DNA of 64,000 nt from Cyanophora paradoxa CCMP329. Taxonomy: Eukaryota; Plantae; Glaucophyta. The notes beneath the pieces were generated by a model. It worked only from the letters and a program-made list of their open reading frames with translations. It did no database searches and was not told where the DNA came from. This document shows, piece after piece, positions 35,518 through 47,600 of the stretch (position 1 is its first letter; the number at the start of each line of letters is the position of its first letter). The stretch lies in contig QPMI01000439.1 in NCBI GenBank assembly GCA_004431415.1, positions 372,001 through 436,000 of the forward strand. Reading direction: 5' to 3'. A program made the position numbers and the translations under genes.

Positions 35518-35755
35518 GTAGGATGGCTTTTTTAGGTTAGCTTTATTTTGCCGTAAATTGCCGAGAGGCCGAATTCGGCAATTTTTAGCGGACGCGGTGA
35601 CGCGGCAATGTTGCTAGCTGGGGCCCGGGGTAGGGGTTTTCTTGCCGCCAAATAGAGCGAAAGCCTGAATTCGTCAATTTATCGCCACGCGTACGGCAAT
35701 TCCGGTTTTGGGCGAATTCGGCAATTTTACTGTACGGCAATTTAAGCCGTCCTAC
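35518..35755. mobile_element. MITE-like element, about 238 bp
   Basis: TIR gtaggatggctt / aagccgtcctac. Inner IR ttgccgtaaattgccga / tcggcaattt..tacggcaa. Repeated AATTCG(G/T)CAATT motifs. TSD not recognisable. Confidence 0.6.
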
Positions 35756-36363
35756 AGCAGTACATGTACTGTGATGTACAGCGCTCGGAGCCTGGCCCAG
35801 TGTGAGTCTCTCCCTGGGATCCGGAGTCGACTTCTGGGACTCCTCACTGAGTCAGTCAGCCTGGGCCCTGGGAGGCTGGGACTCCGGGAGGCTGTGGGCC
35901 CCTGTCACAGTGTGGGAGCCTGGGATCGGACTCGCGATCGGGATTCGGGAGCCAGCTCTGGGATGCCGCAGTGCCGCAGTGCGCGCTCGCGATCGGACTC
36001 AAGCTCGGGAGTCGGGACTCGGGAGCGGCGGGGATCTGGAGCCCCGCTGCCAGGCTGGTTAATAGTATTGCATGCCGCACTGCGGCAGTGGCAGCAGTGC
36101 AGATGTATATATAGCTCAGCACTAGGTCAGCAGCTGCAGGCGTCCGGTTTTGTGAACATGTGCACGTGTCGAACACCACCCCGGCTGGCCTAGCTATATA
36201 GGCCTCACTCAGTCACACCTAGGCCTCGGGTTCCATTACCAGCTGCAGCATTCGAATTCCTGCAAGGCTACGCCATGGCCAGCCGCTGATTATGCGCAGT
36301 TTATGACCGGCACGACTTTGGAACCGCTAGCTTAGTAGCCCTAGCTTTAGATCTAGAGGGGCC

Positions 36364-38269
36364 ATGCATGAGGCCGAGAAGCGGCGCGCGTGCCCGCCCC
36401 TGACCGCGGCCGGCACCCCCGTTGCGCCTTCCAGTCGCCGCGAGTTGGCCGTAGACGCGGATGCATTGCGCCGTGCGCTGAGGGCGATCGCGGGGGAATG
36501 CACGCCGCGGCGTCCCCCGCAGCGCCTGCCGGCAATCGCGAGCGACGAGGAGCACAAGGCTCCGGACCCGCCGAGCCTGGAGCGCGAGGCAACAAGCGTA
36601 AGCCCGAGCAGCGACGAGTGCGAGACGGCCGCGGCGGCGGCGCGCTCCTGTGGGTCGCGATCGCGATCGGTCGCAGTTGCAGGCCTAGGCTCCTACGTAT
36701 ACGTTTACGTAGACGGGGTCGACGTCGCCGCCGACCCGAATTCGACGAGATTCCACGGCTTTCCCCGTGTCTGCCGTCGCCTTTTTGACCTGGTACGTAT
36801 GCGTCTCTCTCATATCCAATTGTGTAAAGTACATAATCTTAAGGCATGCGCACTGCGGCATCAGTACATTTCCATGAGCAATGCCAGCCGCGGATGTTCG
36901 TTAGCTGAATTCGAGTTCGCAGATTTGGAGGGCGGTCCACGTGGCCAGGGTGGGAATTCGACGCTCGGTCGATGACAGTTCAGCGACGTCGACCGCGGGA
37001 GAAATTGCGGCTGTCGGCGAAGCCCCAGCTAAGGGCACAAAATCGCTAAGGGACCCAGCCGCGGCCGCGTGGGCGGAGCGTGCCGCATCCTCCCCTGACG
37101 CCATCGACTTCTCCCAGTATCAGGTGCTCATGATCGATATCATGGTCACGTCATGATCATTTTATACCCGAAGCCTTCAAACACAGCTCTTATCTATTAG
37201 CTTCCTTCGCCCTTGATATACTATGAAATATGGATATCGATTCGGTTTCTGACGCCAACCTGCGACGCCAGCTCCTCCACAACGCCCTCCTCCGGGCAGT
37301 CGCCTCAGACTCGGCGTCCCATTCCTGGACCCTCAGAGAGTGCTCGTCCCTCGCAAAGGCAAACTGGGAGGTGGACTCGCGCGGCACGGGCGCCCTGTCC
37401 CGCGCCGCGTGGGAGACGTCGATGGTCGCCCTCGCCCGCGCGTGGGCGTCGAGCGCCGCCGCCACGCCGTCCCTCCACCTCTCCATCCGCTGCATCGCCG
37501 CCGGCGCCGGTCTCCCCGACGACCTCCCCACCGCTCTCCTCTTCTGCCTCGTCCAGGTCCGACTAAACTAGCGCCTGAGCATAGAGACGATGACCTGAAC
37601 TCACCTCGCAAATTAAACAGACAATCACAACGGGCCGTCCGCCGTGGCCCTCGTGCACGGCTGCCCTACGGTTCCGCGCCTCTTTGGACTCGCTCTCTGT
37701 CGTCGACACCGTCGTCCCCAGCCCTCTTCGCCTCCGCCCCTTCTTTGGTTCGTCGATATCGATGTCCGCGTGGCTACATATAGCTATAGCTCACAAACGT
37801 CGACGTCGACGTCGACTTGAAACTAGTTAAAGCGCTTCCAATTTAGATCCGGATCCGCCCGCCCCACCCGTCTGCAGTTGACCGCGCCCCCTTGCCGCTG
37901 ATCGCAATCGCAATCGGTGCAGACATTCCCTTCGGCGCCTGCGCCCCGCGCGGCGTCCCCATCATTCTCAGCGAGCACCAGCTGCCGCGCCAAGCACCGG
38001 GAGCCCCCCGGCCCGCTTCCCCAGCGTTCCTCAGGAGCCTCGCCGCTTCGAAACCGCGATCCCGATCGACTCCGAATGCCTCATCGCCGGCCTTGATCTC
38101 GGGATCTGAGTTTACAGTTGAAACCCTCCCCGCGGCCGGATGCCACACCTCGATCGCGAGCCCCCTCTCCTCCCACTGTGTCTCCGGACCCGTCGGCCTC
38201 CAGCGCGCCGCCCTCGAGAACCGCCTAAAGGGACTCCTCCTGCTTCGCCGGCCCCGCTCTTTCTCTTAG
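36364..38269 (+). CDS. Hypothetical EF-hand-like protein, paralog B
   Basis: Same exon structure and frame as 28207-30084 (DAIDFSQYQ/LLHNALLRAV..NWEVDSRGTGALSRAAWETSMVALARAW). Confidence 0.6.
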
Positions 38270-38604
38270 AGCCCCAGCCTCCGGTCCGGCCCCGCGGCCG
38301 CCGGCGCCCTCGGCTGCAGCTACAGCTACATTAAAGCTCCCGACAGGCTCCCGGAGTCCAGCGGTACTTGTAGTCCCTTCCAGTTGTTTTATGAATTCAA
38401 ACTTCGGAACGATATCGATGATACCGATATTTAATTTCATTTACCGCATACGCTAGTCATATATATAGCGCTCTGTTCACGTTAGAACTTTTATCAATCT
38501 GCAGCTGTTTGATTATAGATGGATATATCGCTGCCCGAGTAGGCCGCTGCAGTAGTTCGCGTAGTTTCAGTTATGTTCGCGCATACCTACGTACACCTTC
38601 TTCT

Positions 38605-39028
38605 CTAGACGTCCAGATTTATATAATCAGTTTATCTCATTGCAGGCTCCGAGGCTCTTCGTAAACGTTAGTTGCTATATATAGTGTTTAGGTTCAAGCA
38701 CCAGATGCTCCCGCACAACAGCTGCACAGCTTCGAATTCTAGACATCCGACGTCGACGGTCCGGATTTCAATAATCTATGTAATCGATATATATATCAAT
38801 TTATCTCATTGCAGGCTCCGATCGCGAGGCTCTTTCTTGGTTGCTGTAGTGTTTTGTTTCAAGCATTAGATGCTTCCGCACAATAGCTGTATAGTTCTAG
38901 CTAGACGTCCGGATTCATATAATCAGTTTATCTCATTGCAGGCTCATGATCAGAGGTTCTTCCTTGGTTGCTGTAATGTGTAGTTTCAAGCACTAGATGC
39001 TTTCGCACAATAGCTAGCGCTGTATAGG
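38605..39028. repeat. Three tandem copies of a 127-162-bp unit
   Basis: Units start at 38605, 38739 and 38901: ctagac.tcc..tttatctcattgcaggctc..gttgct..ttcaagca..agatgct..cgcacaa.agct. Confidence 0.92.
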
Positions 39029-39879
39029 TTGTGTTTGTGATTCCGCGAAAATGGTTCCATTACGATTTGCGGTAGGCGTAAACGTTAACACATACGCACA
39101 TGGAAAAGCATGTAATCTAGCATATATACGTAATAGTTTCGCCAGGTATAGCGACGTCGACTGATCATGCTCATCGGTCCATGTGCAAGAACTGCTTCCG
39201 CAGTGGCAAGTAAGTAATAGCAAGTAATAGTTTCGACTTCGCCAAGTCTTGCCAGTGAACTTCGGAACCACTTCATCTGCTTGCTATTGAACGAAATCGC
39301 AATTAATTATCTATATATCTCCTGTCTAAATCTTAGCGGCCCGATCATCGGATTACGAAACCATGCGAACCACATGCGTGGCCAGGAGAAATGATACAAA
39401 TTTAATGTCACGTATATACGCTCTCGAATTTGTCACTAAATTTAAACGTTAGCTGTTCGACTGTCGAATTCGCCCGTAGCGCGCGTATACGTAGTCGAAA
39501 GTGCATGCATGCCGCACAAACTGCGAGCAATACTGTTCACGTTCGCTTTTGTGTATTTGCACGCAAATCTCTTATAATTAGTCTGACTACGAAAAACGCT
39601 GCACATGCGCACCGACAGCCCCAGCAGCAAGCGCCTCATGGCCAATTGCAATTGCAACGGCCTACACGATATTGTGGCATCGATCGCGAGCCTGTGTATG
39701 CATCAATCAATACTGATATTAATATTTATATATAGACGTATACATATATCGCAATCAGCAACTGCAGGCCGCGCGTGCGCATACTACGAGAGAGCTCGCG
39801 CACCTCCGCGCCGGCGGTGCCACCTGCGCGGGGCGCGGCAGGCGCCCCCGCGGCCGGAGTCGACGTCCGGCCTGAGGCG

Positions 39880-40310
39880 CTAGGCGAAGCCGCCGAGGGA
39901 GACGCCGCCCGAGGAGACGGCAACGACGACGGTGAAGGCGAGGCAGAGGACGGAGAAGGCGAAGACGGCGAGGAAGAGGACGAAGCAGCCGACCTCGAAG
40001 GCGGAGACCGAGCCCGAGAGGCCGGCCACGTCGCGCGGGCCGAGATCCATGCCCATATGCGCGCGCGCGCGCTGGCAAATCGAACGAGCGCGCGCACGCG
40101 TGCACGCCGCGGCGCGTGATTTCGCGGTAGACGTCCGACGGAGGCGAACCCGAGTGAGGCTGAGAAGTGCACTCAGTGATGTTCGTTTCAGCTCCGATAG
40201 CAGCCGCTGCTGTGAAACTGCTGCGAATTCGAAAACTGGTTTTTGATTTTCCTGGGGCTCTCTTCCCTGGGGCGCCTTAGCCCTCTAGATCTTACTAAGT
40301 TATCCAGCGA
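39880..40310 (-). CDS. Small hypothetical membrane protein, paralog B (start uncertain)
   Basis: ..FEVGCFVLFLAVFAFSVLCLAFTVVVAVSSGGVSLGGFA*, nearly identical to paralog A. Confidence 0.5.
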
Positions 40311-40625
40311 TTTTCCGAAGTTCTGCGATATTCTGCGAAAACTCAGAACTCGTAGTACTTGCCGCGGTGGTAGATCATCGGATAGGTAGCTATATATATA
40401 GCTATGTATAGATATTGTTCATTTCGCAGCTCCTACTCGGTGGCCGCCCGACGGCTGTTGGGCTGCAAGCGTTGCCAAGTTGGGCTCGATCCAAAAACTG
40501 GTTATTCGAGAGAACTAGTACTGGTTAAAACTGGAGTTCAGCTTAAAACTGGTTTCCGCGTTCGCGGTGCCGATTATAATTTGCACCAAACAGGCTCAAT
40601 GCCGTGACGGCTGCCGCTGCGAAAT

Positions 40626-43585
40626 CTAGTTATCTATCAATGTGACGACATGCACAGTCGGACTGGCCCGAGCCAGTGGATTTCGCGCTGCTTCTCGTGG
40701 ATATGCATTGAAGGGAATGACATTAAACAGCGGCCTACTTAGAGTAGAGCCTCGAGGACCTGCGAAGCAGAAGCGCCTTTCGCAGCGCCTCGGGGCTGAT
40801 GCGAATCGAGGTGGGGCCGATGCGAATCGAGGCTGGAGCTCGAGTGTGATCGAGGGCACCGAAGGCACCGGTACCGGTTTTGCTCCGCGGCTGCACGTGC
40901 GCGCAAAACGTACATTACGATCAGGCCTATGGTTCGAATTTGACGAATATTAAATATAGCCATCGACGTGAACGTTAACAACGTAATTCGATTCGAATGC
41001 GCATGGCCGTATATACGCCTGCGAACCCGCGCCGCCAGCTGCAGCTGCGCATGCAGCTCGCGATCGAGCACCCGCCTCAGCGGGCCGTCGCGATCGCCGT
41101 CGCCCAGGCGGTCGGCCGCGAGCTCGATCGCGACGTCGGCGGCGCCGGCGCCGCGCGGGTCGGCGCCGCTCGGGTTGTTTGCGAAGGCGGCGAGGCCCTC
41201 TGCGAGGCCGCGGGCCGCGCCGTCGGGCCAGGGCCCCCCGAGCCTGAGAACCAGCCTCGCGCCCCGCTGGAGGCACGCCAGCGAGGCCAGCAGCTCTGTC
41301 CGAAGAGATTAGTGCGTTAGCTCTAGATCTGAACGGCTCAAAATTATATAACGTTAAGGCCCATCAAGATTAAGCTCAAGAATCGTCAGAGATCAATTGT
41401 AAGCTACAGTACACGGTTATAAATTATGACGTCAAGCTTAAAGCCCATCAGGCTTAATTATAAGTGTTTGCAAGGGACCGGATCACCGGGAATGTGCCGC
41501 GTATCGAAGCCGGGGAGGCCGTCGTATCCAACGTTGCGCGTCTCGAGATCCAGGGTCAGCACGTTCAGCGTCGGCACGTGAGCGCCACCTGATGGGTCGC
41601 GAGTGATATCGATCACGACGATATCGATATCGCGAGCGATATCGATATATATATCGGTGCGTCGCGGTGATATGTATATGTATTCGATGGATCGCGAGTG
41701 ATATATTTATCGATAACGACGATCGCGATGGATCATGATCATGAGTGATTGATATCGGGAGAGATCATGATATATATATTATCGATTACGACGATGGATC
41801 TGATGCATATGTGCACGTGCAAAGCTCGATCGCAAATTAAACAGCTCACTGCCAAGCCAATGGATGACAGCAGGAGTCAGATGGGACTGTACGACTTCCA
41901 ATCTGCGACGTTTGCCAGAGATGCCAGAATTCGAAATTAACACTATATGCATCCGGAATGCCGATTTGCGAATGATTTTCTACGGCTGCGTGCAGACCTC
42001 GCGAGCCCTCGAAGCGCCCCGATCGCGACGGGCCAGCGGGTCGGCAGAAGGCACTTGTCAAACCTTATATGCAGCTGCGGTGTACATGTACATGTACATG
42101 TGGCGCCTGGCCATGACAAACTGCGATTTAAATTGTGCTCGGAATCGATATCCGCGGGCTTCGCAGCGGCTGCCGCCATGGTCAGGTCTCTAGTAGGCCC
42201 TTCGGAAGACAAGTCGAGCTTCTCAAACTCGAGCACGCCGCTTTGTACGCCCGCGGCCGCCAGCGCGTGCAGCTCAGCCTCCGCGCGACCGACCGTATTG
42301 CAATTGCTGAGTGAGAGCTTCGCGACTCTCTTGAGGGAGGGGAAGGACTCCAACAGAATAGACGCTATGTTCCTGTGATCGTAATCGCCTCCGTATAGCG
42401 ACACGTCGAAGCCCAAGCTCTCGAGCGTGGGGTGCGGCCGGCGCGGTGCAATGTCCAAGTACTGGTCACGAACGGGCACAAATTAAAGCGTCAGTCGGCG
42501 AAGGCGAAGTCATTTAATCTATTAGGGGACAGCCGTCAGCGTCATTATTTCATGCATTTAGGCATTTGATTTAGGCATATAAGCGTTCCGAGCATAGCTT
42601 TCGGTAGCGCGCGCGAATTGCAATTGGAAGCGAGCGGGCGCGTACGTACGTTCAAGAAATTGAATGCTGCGGGCTTCTTTGTCTTTGTGAAGACGTTGAT
42701 TCGCGACACATTGAGCTCGCGAAGGTTTGGGAGGTCGTCGAGATTGATATTTCGCGTGACGAAACCCGACGCATTGTACATGTCCATCTCCTCGTAGGCC
42801 TCGTTCTCCGGCTCCAGCGTGCTGAGCGCCGTCACCGATTTGGGAATGGCGGCGAAGAGCGTCGGGAGAAGCTCATTGGCGCAGTTCAAACTCGAACTCC
42901 TGCTCGAACTTGCATAACTGTAGCCATCTGCGCGCGCGTAGCTTAAAGGCGAGCTCGAGCGGCTTCTGTAAATGTAATCACCTTCGAATTCATCATCGTC
43001 GTCGTCGCTGCAGACGTCCAGAGACGTAAAGAAGAGCTGCAGGTCGAGCTCTTCCACCGCTGCGCAGTGCGGGGACCGCATGATCGCGACCGCCTCGCCG
43101 ACCGACAGGAGGCGGCGCCCGCTGCCGTTCGAGTTCGAATTCGCCGCCATCGCCTCCCGCATAATGGCCACGTCCTGGCCGATGGAAACGAAGGCCGGAT
43201 CCGGATCTGGAATCGCGCAACGCTCGAGGTCCTCCAAAAGATCGCCCATCGCTTCGGTTGGATTTCCCTCGCTTGCCTTCGCGTTCACAAAGAGTCTGCA
43301 TATATAATAATATTAATCACGCGGGAAGTTGAAGCGCCAAAAATGGGCGATCCGTGCGGCAGAGGAATTGGAGCGAACAGTGAGCACCGAAGGGCAAGGG
43401 ACTTGCTAGGTGGCGCCTCCTGCGAAGCCCGCCGCCACGCCCTGCAGGCGGCCGCCGCGCAGCAGCGGTCCTCGGCAGGCAAGAGACCGAAAATGCGCGC
43501 GACGATCTCGGTGGGCACGGTCTCCACGACATCTGAAGTTGATTATAGGTTTTTCGGCGCGCGCGCGCGCAAGCAAACGTGGCAT
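40626..43585 (-). CDS. F-box protein with degenerate LRR/RNI-like region, multi-exon (3' end approximate)
   Basis: ETVPTEIVARIFGLLPAEDRCCAAAACRAWRRA (F-box). LRR-like AVEELDLQL, LPNLRELNVS, TLESLGFDV, FPSLKRVAKLSL. Confidence 0.68.
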
Positions 43586-44623
43586 TAAAACCCTCGCTGC
43601 GCCAAACGTTCAATTTGTTTTTCGAACCTGCGAATTTCAAGCTTCTGGGACGCTTGGATGCAGATAAATTTATGAGCGACTTGCCGGAGCCTGCACTCGC
43701 AAATTTTAATTCGGATTCCGCGCGAAGAGCGCGAATTCGTGATCAGGTCTACCAATTGCAATCGTGTTGGCTGCTCATGCGTGCGCGCGCACCTTGGCTT
43801 CGCAATTGCGCGGCATCGATGGCTCTCTTCTCGGTCCGAGCGCGCGCGCGTGCGCTGCTCTCAGCCATCCTTCGCGAATATACAGAAGTGAAATAGAGGA
43901 AACGTTTAACTATCGGCATTTCTGACGGGTCGCGATCGCCTTGACTTGTGATCAAAGAGAGGGGAGAAAGGAGAAGCTAGAGAAGGGGGATTTACAATCA
44001 GTCAATATTAAGAATGGCTGACCGGTAATTGCTCACGGTAATACTTGAAGGCTCGGGAACCGCATAAAGATGAGTTCGCATCGGCAGTGATTCGGCACGG
44101 GTTTGCGTTGCATCGTTCTCGCCGAGTCAGGCTTAAATTTGCAAAGTTGAACCGGGCTTTAATTTGCTCAGGCTGAATGGAGAATGTATGCTGAGGCATT
44201 TTATATAATTAATTGTTGAAGTGAAATTAAACATGAGGCGACAGGCGTAGGGGACCTATTCTGGGCGGCAGGGGATCGATTCGGGGGCATTGTGTGTTGC
44301 TGCTGCTGCGCGCTTCTAGATCTGAAGCCCCGGGAGACACCTTAAGCCTTTGAGGCAATTCCATTACTAAGTGCACTACTATCAAGGTAATATAAGCTGT
44401 ATATTTGCCCAATGATCTAATCTGTGAGGCATGAGAATAATGATTATAGCTACGAAATTGAATACTGCGAAACTACTGCGTCGCGGAGATACTGCGAATT
44501 CGAAATTCTGACTGATCATGACTATATATATGTGTGAAAGGGGGTCGTTCCGGCGCTAGATCTGTATCTAGCTACGCCCCCGGCTGTATCGGGCCCTGAG
44601 GCCCGGGGGCACCGAACTCCGGC

Positions 44624-47600
44624 CTATGCTCGAGGTCCAACGCCGCGGCCAGGGCGGCTATACACAGCTGCGCCTCCGCTATCTCTAGCTACGCTACGCC
44701 TCCGGCTGCATCGGGAGCGACGTCGACCCATCCTGCCTATGCTCCTCGAGGTCTGGCGCCGCAGCCAGGGCGGCCGCGGGCCGCTCCAGCAGGGCCGCCC
44801 GGAATCCCCAGTCGGCCCCTGCCCGCCGCGCCGCCGCCTCCACACGGCCCCGATCGACGGCGTCCGCCCCGTGCGCTGCAGTCGATCGCATTGTCAGCGC
44901 CGGTGCCGGCGCCTCCGACAAATGGCGACAAGAACGGAGAGAAGGCAGAAGGCAACAATTGGAAGCTTAAGGGACCGGGGGGAGGGCGAGGCGGACCGGC
45001 GAGGAGCTCGGCAAGGCGGTCGAGGGCCATCTCCCGCAGCCCCGGCTGGCCCGTGTCCCCCGCCACCTGCGAATTCGAAGTCCCCTTCAAATCAATTAAC
45101 TTGCGTCTTATAAAGACCTGTTTACTCGTATGCCCCTTGACTCGTACCTTACACAGACCTCTCTAGATCTTAGTTTATAGATCTTAGTTTTAGTTAGTTT
45201 ATCGCGCCGAGAATAACTTATGTAAGGTCCAATTTGGGGCGCACGGCGAAGAGGTCGAGGGCGGGGCCGAGGCGGAGGCCGGCGACGACGGCCGGCTCCC
45301 ATGCCGTCAGCCGCTGCGAACGCTGCGAAGGGCCGGGCGCAGTGAGTCTGATATACGCGGCGAGCTCGATCTTGATTCAGGCATAAAATGGCAGGCGACG
45401 CAGAGGCGGGGGCGGGGCGGGGGCGGGGGCGGGGGCGGGGGCGGGGGCGGGGGCGGGGGCGGGCGCACCCTCCCCCAGGGGGGGTCGAAGTAGGCGTCCC
45501 GCCGGATGCGCCCCGCCTCCCGCTCCGCCTCCGTCAGCTGCCGGGGCTCAATGGTTAAATATATTATGTTTTTGAAGGAAGCTTAAGCTTTGATGTAAGC
45601 TTTAATTTAAGCTTTAGTTTAAGCTGAAGTCAGGCCTCCCGCCCCGCCTTCGTCAGCCGCAGCCGCGGCCGGTGTCAGGGAAATGGCGATGGGGATGCAT
45701 TAAGCGAAGCAATCTTTCTTAGGGAGGGAAGCAGGAATGGCGGGCCGGGCGACTTCGAAGGTCTCGGACCTGCGTCTCGCACATCGCCCCGTTCAGGGAG
45801 AGGATTTCGCCTGCGCCCCAGTGAGCGAGGCGATTATGATCAGCCGAGAAGCCGGTGCAAGGGGCACGCTTCTACCAGGGGCGCCGAAGCGGAAGTGCTG
45901 TAGCTATCAGGGGCGGGAAAGCAAGCTAAGGTTGGAAACAAGACAGAGATAGATTTAGACAGCATTAAAATATTGAGATTAGGTTTGTAGGTTTGCTTCT
46001 AAGAAATAAGCATCTAGAATCGTGATCACGCACCAAAGATGTCGGGGCGGGTGGGCATCGCGAAGAGGCGCCGGCGGACGGCGCGCGGGTCCGCGCACAG
46101 GCGCTCCTCGAAACCCCGGCTCCCCAGCGCCTGCGGCCGCTGTGTGAGGAGACGCGTTCGAATTCGCCGCCCCGTGCGCGCCAGCGCGGTTAAGATACAA
46201 CTATGAACATTATGACGAAGCCGCCGGGCAGAAAGAAAGCTAGCGCTAGCGCTTGAAGCCGACTTAGCCGCCTATATAATAAATCCCACAGTGCGCGCGC
46301 CCGCGGCGCGGTGGGACTCGTCTTAAGAGCAATAAATTAAGAACGGCTATTTAACGCTGTGCGCATGCAAAGATGCAATCACTCGAAAGCAGCGAGAATG
46401 GCTCGCTTGCCTGCCGGACGGCCTCGTTGCCCGCCCGGATGCTGAAGCCGTGCCCTGCGTATGCAGCATTTAATAAGCCATAAGAAGAAGCGAAAAAGCC
46501 ATAAGAAGATGCGATTCGTATATTAACATTCGCTGCATGTCGCGCGGATTTCGCGAAAATCGCGAATTGCGCGCGCGGGAATTTCGCGCGCACGGGCGAG
46601 CAGCTCGGCGAGGCGGTGGCATGCGAAGTCCATGAGCGGCAGCAGCCCCAGGCCGCCCGCCGCCTGCAACGCGTACGTTTGTAATTAGGAGCTCGCATTG
46701 ATGTGGAGCCGTCGTAATGTATCATGATAATTATTCATTATAATTATGTGTTGAGCTAAGCGTGGCTTCATCAAGCGCTCGCCGGCGCCGCGAAAGCCAT
46801 TAATATTGAAGCTACGGTTTCAGACGCGTACGCCCCGCGAAAGCCGCTCTATTCGCGCACCCGCATGAGATCGAGGAGCTCCTTGATGCCGAGTTCGGGG
46901 GCGAAGGAAGGGCCCAGCCAGCGGAGGGCCGCCGCGGGGCCCGACGCCGGCCCCGGCAGGCAGCAGAGCTGTTGCCAGTGCGGTTCGCCAGCCGCCGGGG
47001 GCGACCCGCGGCTGTGCTGCTTCGGGCTTCCCGCCGGCGCCGCTGCGGCCGTCGAAACCTGAGGGGTCCCGGGGGGGCTGGCTCCAGGGCTCGAGCTCGG
47101 ATGCGTGTGCGGCGGGATCTGCACAGCACGGCAGACGCGCAGATAAGTCCGGTTGCAATGGACGCGAGTCAAGCTAAAGTATTAAGACTAATGAGATCTT
47201 TGAAGATAATGAAAGCGAATAATGACGCAGAACTAATGAGACGTCGACTACTGATTATGATGAGACTGGTGCACATCAGAGCGCACCGAGCGCTCGTAGA
47301 CGAGCTTCAGTCTGAGGTACGATGCGACGAGCTCGAAGGTCGGTCCCGAGCGAACGGTCTCAAACAGGGGGCTCCCCTCGCGGATCATAATGTCGAAGCC
47401 TGCTCGCGATCGGCGCTTCAGAACGCATGCACTGCGTGCACCACGTGCACGTGTCCTTTATCAACTCTAAGCGTTCCGATCGCGAGCAGAGCTAGTCCGG
47501 CGAGGCAAGCGTCTAATCCGCACCGTACTCGTCGAACGCAGCGCGGAAGATTCTCATTTCTTCAGCCGCCGTTCGCTCCAGCTGCGCTCATGCCGACTCT

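Larger units (their letters stand above)
36357..40694. repeat. Segmental duplication, copy 2 (contains an extra ~0.9-kb segment at about 38300-39210)
   Basis: Collinear paralogy with 28200-32160. Confidence 0.92.

Noticed and set aside
43930-44520. AT-richer segment resembling a decayed coding or TE fragment
   Set aside because: Multiple stops in all frames and no diagnostic motif or termini.
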